From NCBI GenBank assembly GCA_963674695.2, contig CAXXGI010000001.1:384001-448000 (forward strand): DNA of 64,000 nt, in the 5' to 3' direction. A model generated the notes under the pieces. That model was not told the origin of the DNA and made no database searches. It worked only from the letters and a program-made list of their open reading frames with translations. Below, piece by piece: positions 60,798-64,000 of this stretch. How positions within the stretch are numbered: the stretch's first letter is position 1; each line of letters begins with the position of its first letter. The position numbers and the translations under genes were made by a program. Source of the stretch: a bacterium. GTDB lineage: Bacteria; UBA10199; 2-02-FULL-44-16; JAAZCA01.

Positions 60798-62750
60798 TCA
60801 GTATTTCACCGCAAAATCGAAGCTCGCCTTGGTGAATCCCAGATAGCGATCCTCGACCTCCTTCATACGCACGAGCTTTGATCCCTCGCCCGCAGTGAAA
60901 TCGTCGATCAGCGTCTTGGCTGAAGCCGCATCGCCGGAGGCCATGACCTGCCCCGTCTTCCGCATCAGCCCCTCGATCGACGCGGGGAGCTTGTCGTAGT
61001 TGATCTGAAAACGCCCGAGGACGCCGTCGTTCTGGGGATCGACGTTGGGCACCCACGTCAGCGCCCCGTCGCGGACGAACGTCCCGATCTGGATCGCCGC
61101 CAGTTGACTATAGGCCTTGGGATTGCCCGTGGCGGTGAACATGCCGCGCGAGATGTGGTTGAAACACCAATCGATGGCGGCCGTGTAGATCTCGTTGGCG
61201 CGCTTCTGATCGAAGTACCCCTTGCCGCGCAGGTAGTCGATGAACCAGATGCCACCGGTCTGGGCCTTCAGCTCCTCGAGCACCATGGCATTGCGTCCGC
61301 CGAAGATCTCCTCGGGCGTCTTGCCGTCCACCTTGAACGCCGAGTGCGGCCCGAAGTTGTGCGTCGCCTCGTGCAGAATGGTCGTGATCAGCCCCGCCTC
61401 GTTGTCCTCGGGATAGAGCTTCATCGCACTCGCATCGAGCATCGAGGAGGCCTTGGCGCGCATGATCCGCTTGGAATCCGGATCGGTGTAGAAGTTGGTC
61501 ATCGCCATCGTGCGACGACGGTTTTCCTCAGCCACCTTCCCCCAGTTGGGCAACGACTGTCCGATCATCGCGCCGAGGTTTGAGCGCGCATCGCCGGAAT
61601 ACATCACCACGCGGACGAAGTCCGGGAAGGTGAAGGAGACATCGCGCGCGTCATAGGCCGGCCCGATCAGGTCGGCAAACCCCTGTTCCATGTCCTTCTT
61701 GAGGGGCTCGAGCCGCCCCTGCCACTTGAGCGAACTCTGATCGTTGATGCCGAAATCGAGTTCGAAACCCGCCTTGAGCTGACAGGGATCGAAGTAGGTC
61801 TCATCGGGCGCTACGCGCAGGAACCACTTGCTGTTGCTGCTATTCATCGCGGCCCAGGCCTCGTCCGGCTCGCTCCAGTCGTTGTTCTCAAATCCCTTGG
61901 CCGCCGCGAGCAGATAGCGCTTGAAGGCCTCCTCCTTCTCGTCGAGCGTGGCCGCCGCCGCGCGCAATTCCGTGGCCACCGCGCGCATCCGATCGCCGTA
62001 GACCTCGGTGAGCGGCAGCGCGATCAGCTTCCCTCCGCGCTCGCGCACGACGGTAAAGGGATCCATCAGCTCCTTGGCGTTGGACTGTTCGGAAAGCCGC
62101 TTGCACATCGCCTCGTCCTGCTTCATCCCCTCGGGATAGGCATCCGAGATCTTCTCGGGAAAGCTGGCCACCGCATTGCAAAAGGGATTGGACTGCGTCT
62201 TGGGCGCCGCACACCAGGGCTCCTGGTTGCGATGGTAGAGCGCCCGGCTCATCGTGTCGCTCTCCGGAATTTGCTGGAGATATTTATAGGCACCCTTCTG
62301 GACCTGATAGAGTTCGTCGATGAGCTTTCCCGCCGCCATGAGGTGACCCACGAGCGTGCGCTCATTCTCGGGGCTATCGGTAAAATCGGTCCGGATGAGG
62401 GTCAGCCGCCCCTGGTCGAGTTCCTTGGCCACCGCATCGAGGCGCGCGGTCGCCACCATTTCAAGATAGGCCTGTTCAAACGCCTCGGTGAATTTTCCCT
62501 TCTGGACATACTTCGCGATGTCGATGCCATCGCGGCTCGAGCCGAGCTCATTCGGATCGACCAACCCATTCTCGTTGGTGTCCTCCATCCAATAGAAGGG
62601 AAGGTTGCGCAACACGACGATGCGGTTGAAATCGGTACGATCGAGCTTGGGCACGCCGAACTGCGTGGCCGACGGTTTGGGTTTGAACATCTTGCACCCC
62701 ATACAGGCGGCGGTGAGCATGAGCAGAACGACGATTCCTTTTCGCATCAT
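60798..62750 (-). CDS. Peptidase M49 (DPP-III-like) zinc metallopeptidase, probable lipoprotein
   Basis: GQSLPN, TILHEATHNFGP, LEELKA; GGAGG RBS before MMRKGIVVLLMLTAAC. The ORF-track extension to 63386 is a shadow of the + strand gene. Confidence 0.8.
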   Translation of the reverse strand: MMRKGIVVLLMLTAACMGCKMFKPKPSATQFGVPKLDRTDFNRIVVLRNLPFYWMEDTNENGLVDPNELGSSRDGIDIAKYVQKGKFTEAFEQAYLEMVATARLDAVAKELDQGRLTLIRTDFTDSPENERTLVGHLMAAGKLIDELYQVQKGAYKYLQQIPESDTMSRALYHRNQEPWCAAPKTQSNPFCNAVASFPEKISDAYPEGMKQDEAMCKRLSEQSNAKELMDPFTVVRERGGKLIALPLTEVYGDRMRAVATELRAAAATLDEKEEAFKRYLLAAAKGFENNDWSEPDEAWAAMNSSNSKWFLRVAPDETYFDPCQLKAGFELDFGINDQSSLKWQGRLEPLKKDMEQGFADLIGPAYDARDVSFTFPDFVRVVMYSGDARSNLGAMIGQSLPNWGKVAEENRRRTMAMTNFYTDPDSKRIMRAKASSMLDASAMKLYPEDNEAGLITTILHEATHNFGPHSAFKVDGKTPEEIFGGRNAMVLEELKAQTGGIWFIDYLRGKGYFDQKRANEIYTAAIDWCFNHISRGMFTATGNPKAYSQLAAIQIGTFVRDGALTWVPNVDPQNDGVLGRFQINYDKLPASIEGLMRKTGQVMASGDAASAKTLIDDFTAGEGSKLVRMKEVEDRYLGFTKASFDFAVKY

Positions 62751-62843
62751 AAAGCCTCCTTGAATGCATGTGGGCGGATCTTTCCCCGGACGCGCGCGAT
62801 TGTCAAATGACATACGAGGCTGGAGTACGCTATAAGGGGGGAA

Positions 62844-64000
62844 ATGAAACGAATCCTCACCGTTATCGCGCTGATCCTGCTTTTCACCCAGACCGCGCAG
62901 GCCCACCCCTTCAGCACGCGTCTGTGGGGGCACCGTCTGGATGCCACCGCCACCGGCCGGGCGATCGCCATCGACTATACCATCGAGGTTCCGGTCACGA
63001 AGCTCGTGCTGATGATGAACCGCTTCAAATCGATGCACACACTCGAACGCATCGGACCGGAGGAGGAGAGACAGTTCAACGAGGAGATGGTCGATCACCT
63101 CACGAAGGGGATCAGCGTTGCCATCGATGGAAACCCCGTCGCCACCGCCTGGAATCCGAACTACGCGCGAACGTATGATAACGGCGAACCGGGGTTTTAC
63201 GAATACCATCTCCACCTGATCGCCCCCCTTCCCGAAGGGAATGAGCCGCATCGGATCGCCATCACCAACGACAACTTCCGGATGCAGCGAGCGGTCTTTC
63301 GCAACCAGGCCCAGGGGCGCGACGGCGTGGAGACGACGGCCATCAGCAAACCGACGGAAACGGAGTGGTCGGAGATGGACGAGCACCGCACGCTGACATT
63401 CAGCGTCGCTCCGGGCCAGGGGCAGACGTCACCGGCGCATACGACGGAGGCAGACACAGAGGGGGTATCCGCCGACTCGACGCTCGTGGACTATCTCAAA
63501 ACGCGCGAAATCACCGCGCGCGTGTTCGCCCTGGCGCTGATCGCCGCGCTCCTGCTGGGCGCGCTGCACGCCCTCTCGCCGGGACACGGCAAGGCGCTGG
63601 TGGCCGCCTATCTCGTGGGGAGCCACGGCACCGTGGGACACGCCATGCTCTTGGGCCTCATCGTCACGCTCACCCACGTAGCGAGCGTCATCGTCCTGGG
63701 GCTCGTGGGGCTTTTCGCCGCGCAGTATATCGTTCCGGAATACTATACGCCCTTCGTCTCGCTCTTCTCCGGCGCCCTCATCGTCGGCATCGGCCTCTAT
63801 CTCTTCGTGCGCCGCCTCATTCCGCGCCGGCATCATCACCATCATCATCAGGAATCGTCCGCGCCCACCCTCCGCCAGCTCCTCGTCCTGGGCATCTCCG
63901 GCGGCATCGTCCCCTGCCCCACCGCGACGGTCGTCATGCTCACGGCGATTGCCATCGGACGCATCGGCTTCGGGCTGGCGCTGATCGCCGTCTTCTCGGT
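62844..64000 (+). CDS. RcnA/NiCoT-type nickel/cobalt transporter with N-terminal periplasmic domain; runs off the window
   Basis: Signal peptide AQA-HP, then GALHALSPGHGK, THVASV, a His6 tract and GISGGIVPCP; open to the window end. Confidence 0.88.
   Translation, partial: MKRILTVIALILLFTQTAQAHPFSTRLWGHRLDATATGRAIAIDYTIEVPVTKLVLMMNRFKSMHTLERIGPEEERQFNEEMVDHLTKGISVAIDGNPVATAWNPNYARTYDNGEPGFYEYHLHLIAPLPEGNEPHRIAITNDNFRMQRAVFRNQAQGRDGVETTAISKPTETEWSEMDEHRTLTFSVAPGQGQTSPAHTTEADTEGVSADSTLVDYLKTREITARVFALALIAALLLGALHALSPGHGKALVAAYLVGSHGTVGHAMLLGLIVTLTHVASVIVLGLVGLFAAQYIVPEYYTPFVSLFSGALIVGIGLYLFVRRLIPRRHHHHHHQESSAPTLRQLLVLGISGGIVPCPTATVVMLTAIAIGRIGFGLALIAVFS

Noticed and set aside
62751-63386. N-terminal extension of the 862-aa ORF
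   Set aside because: It overlaps the + strand Ni/Co transporter gene; the real start with RBS and signal peptide is at 62750.

Overview
GC-rich bacterial chromosomal window, probably from a deltaproteobacteria-like diderm such as Bdellovibrionota, Myxococcota or a relative (inferred from gene content only). Housekeeping blocks: tolQ-tolR-tolA-tolB (no pal after tolB) and ppx; a GGDEF cyclase; spoIID-queA ... tgt-yajC-secD-secF-recJ-queD-queC-DUF366-queE; dgt with a Na/Pi transporter and PhoU; slt and a metalloprotease-propeller-Omp85 gene; an amino-acid racemase; feoB with a DtxR-FeoA regulator; an M49-like peptidase; and an RcnA-like transporter. The accessory region at 7.5-25.1 kb is the most interesting part. 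It holds three tandem, mosaic ~915-930 aa Cys-rich lipoproteins, a bacterial homolog of tetraether lipid synthase (Tes/MJ0619), a TIGR02147-family HTH gene, three more lipoproteins, and two intact genes made of a transposase-like HTH plus a Cys tail. Six of these genes share one promoter layout: a GTKNAC-N4-(GTACAC-like) box at a fixed 39-40 nt offset from a sigma28-type RCCGATAA -10 element, mostly with a non-canonical CAC(C/T)W -35. This suggests an undescribed regulon, possibly run by the TIGR02147 protein. The window also has a modular family of long nested-hairpin repeats with compensatory substitutions, dRS3-like ATTCCC-N8-GGGAAT repeats, in-frame 7-bp microsatellites inside both queA and tgt, a YefM-RelE toxin-antitoxin pair and an IS1380 remnant.
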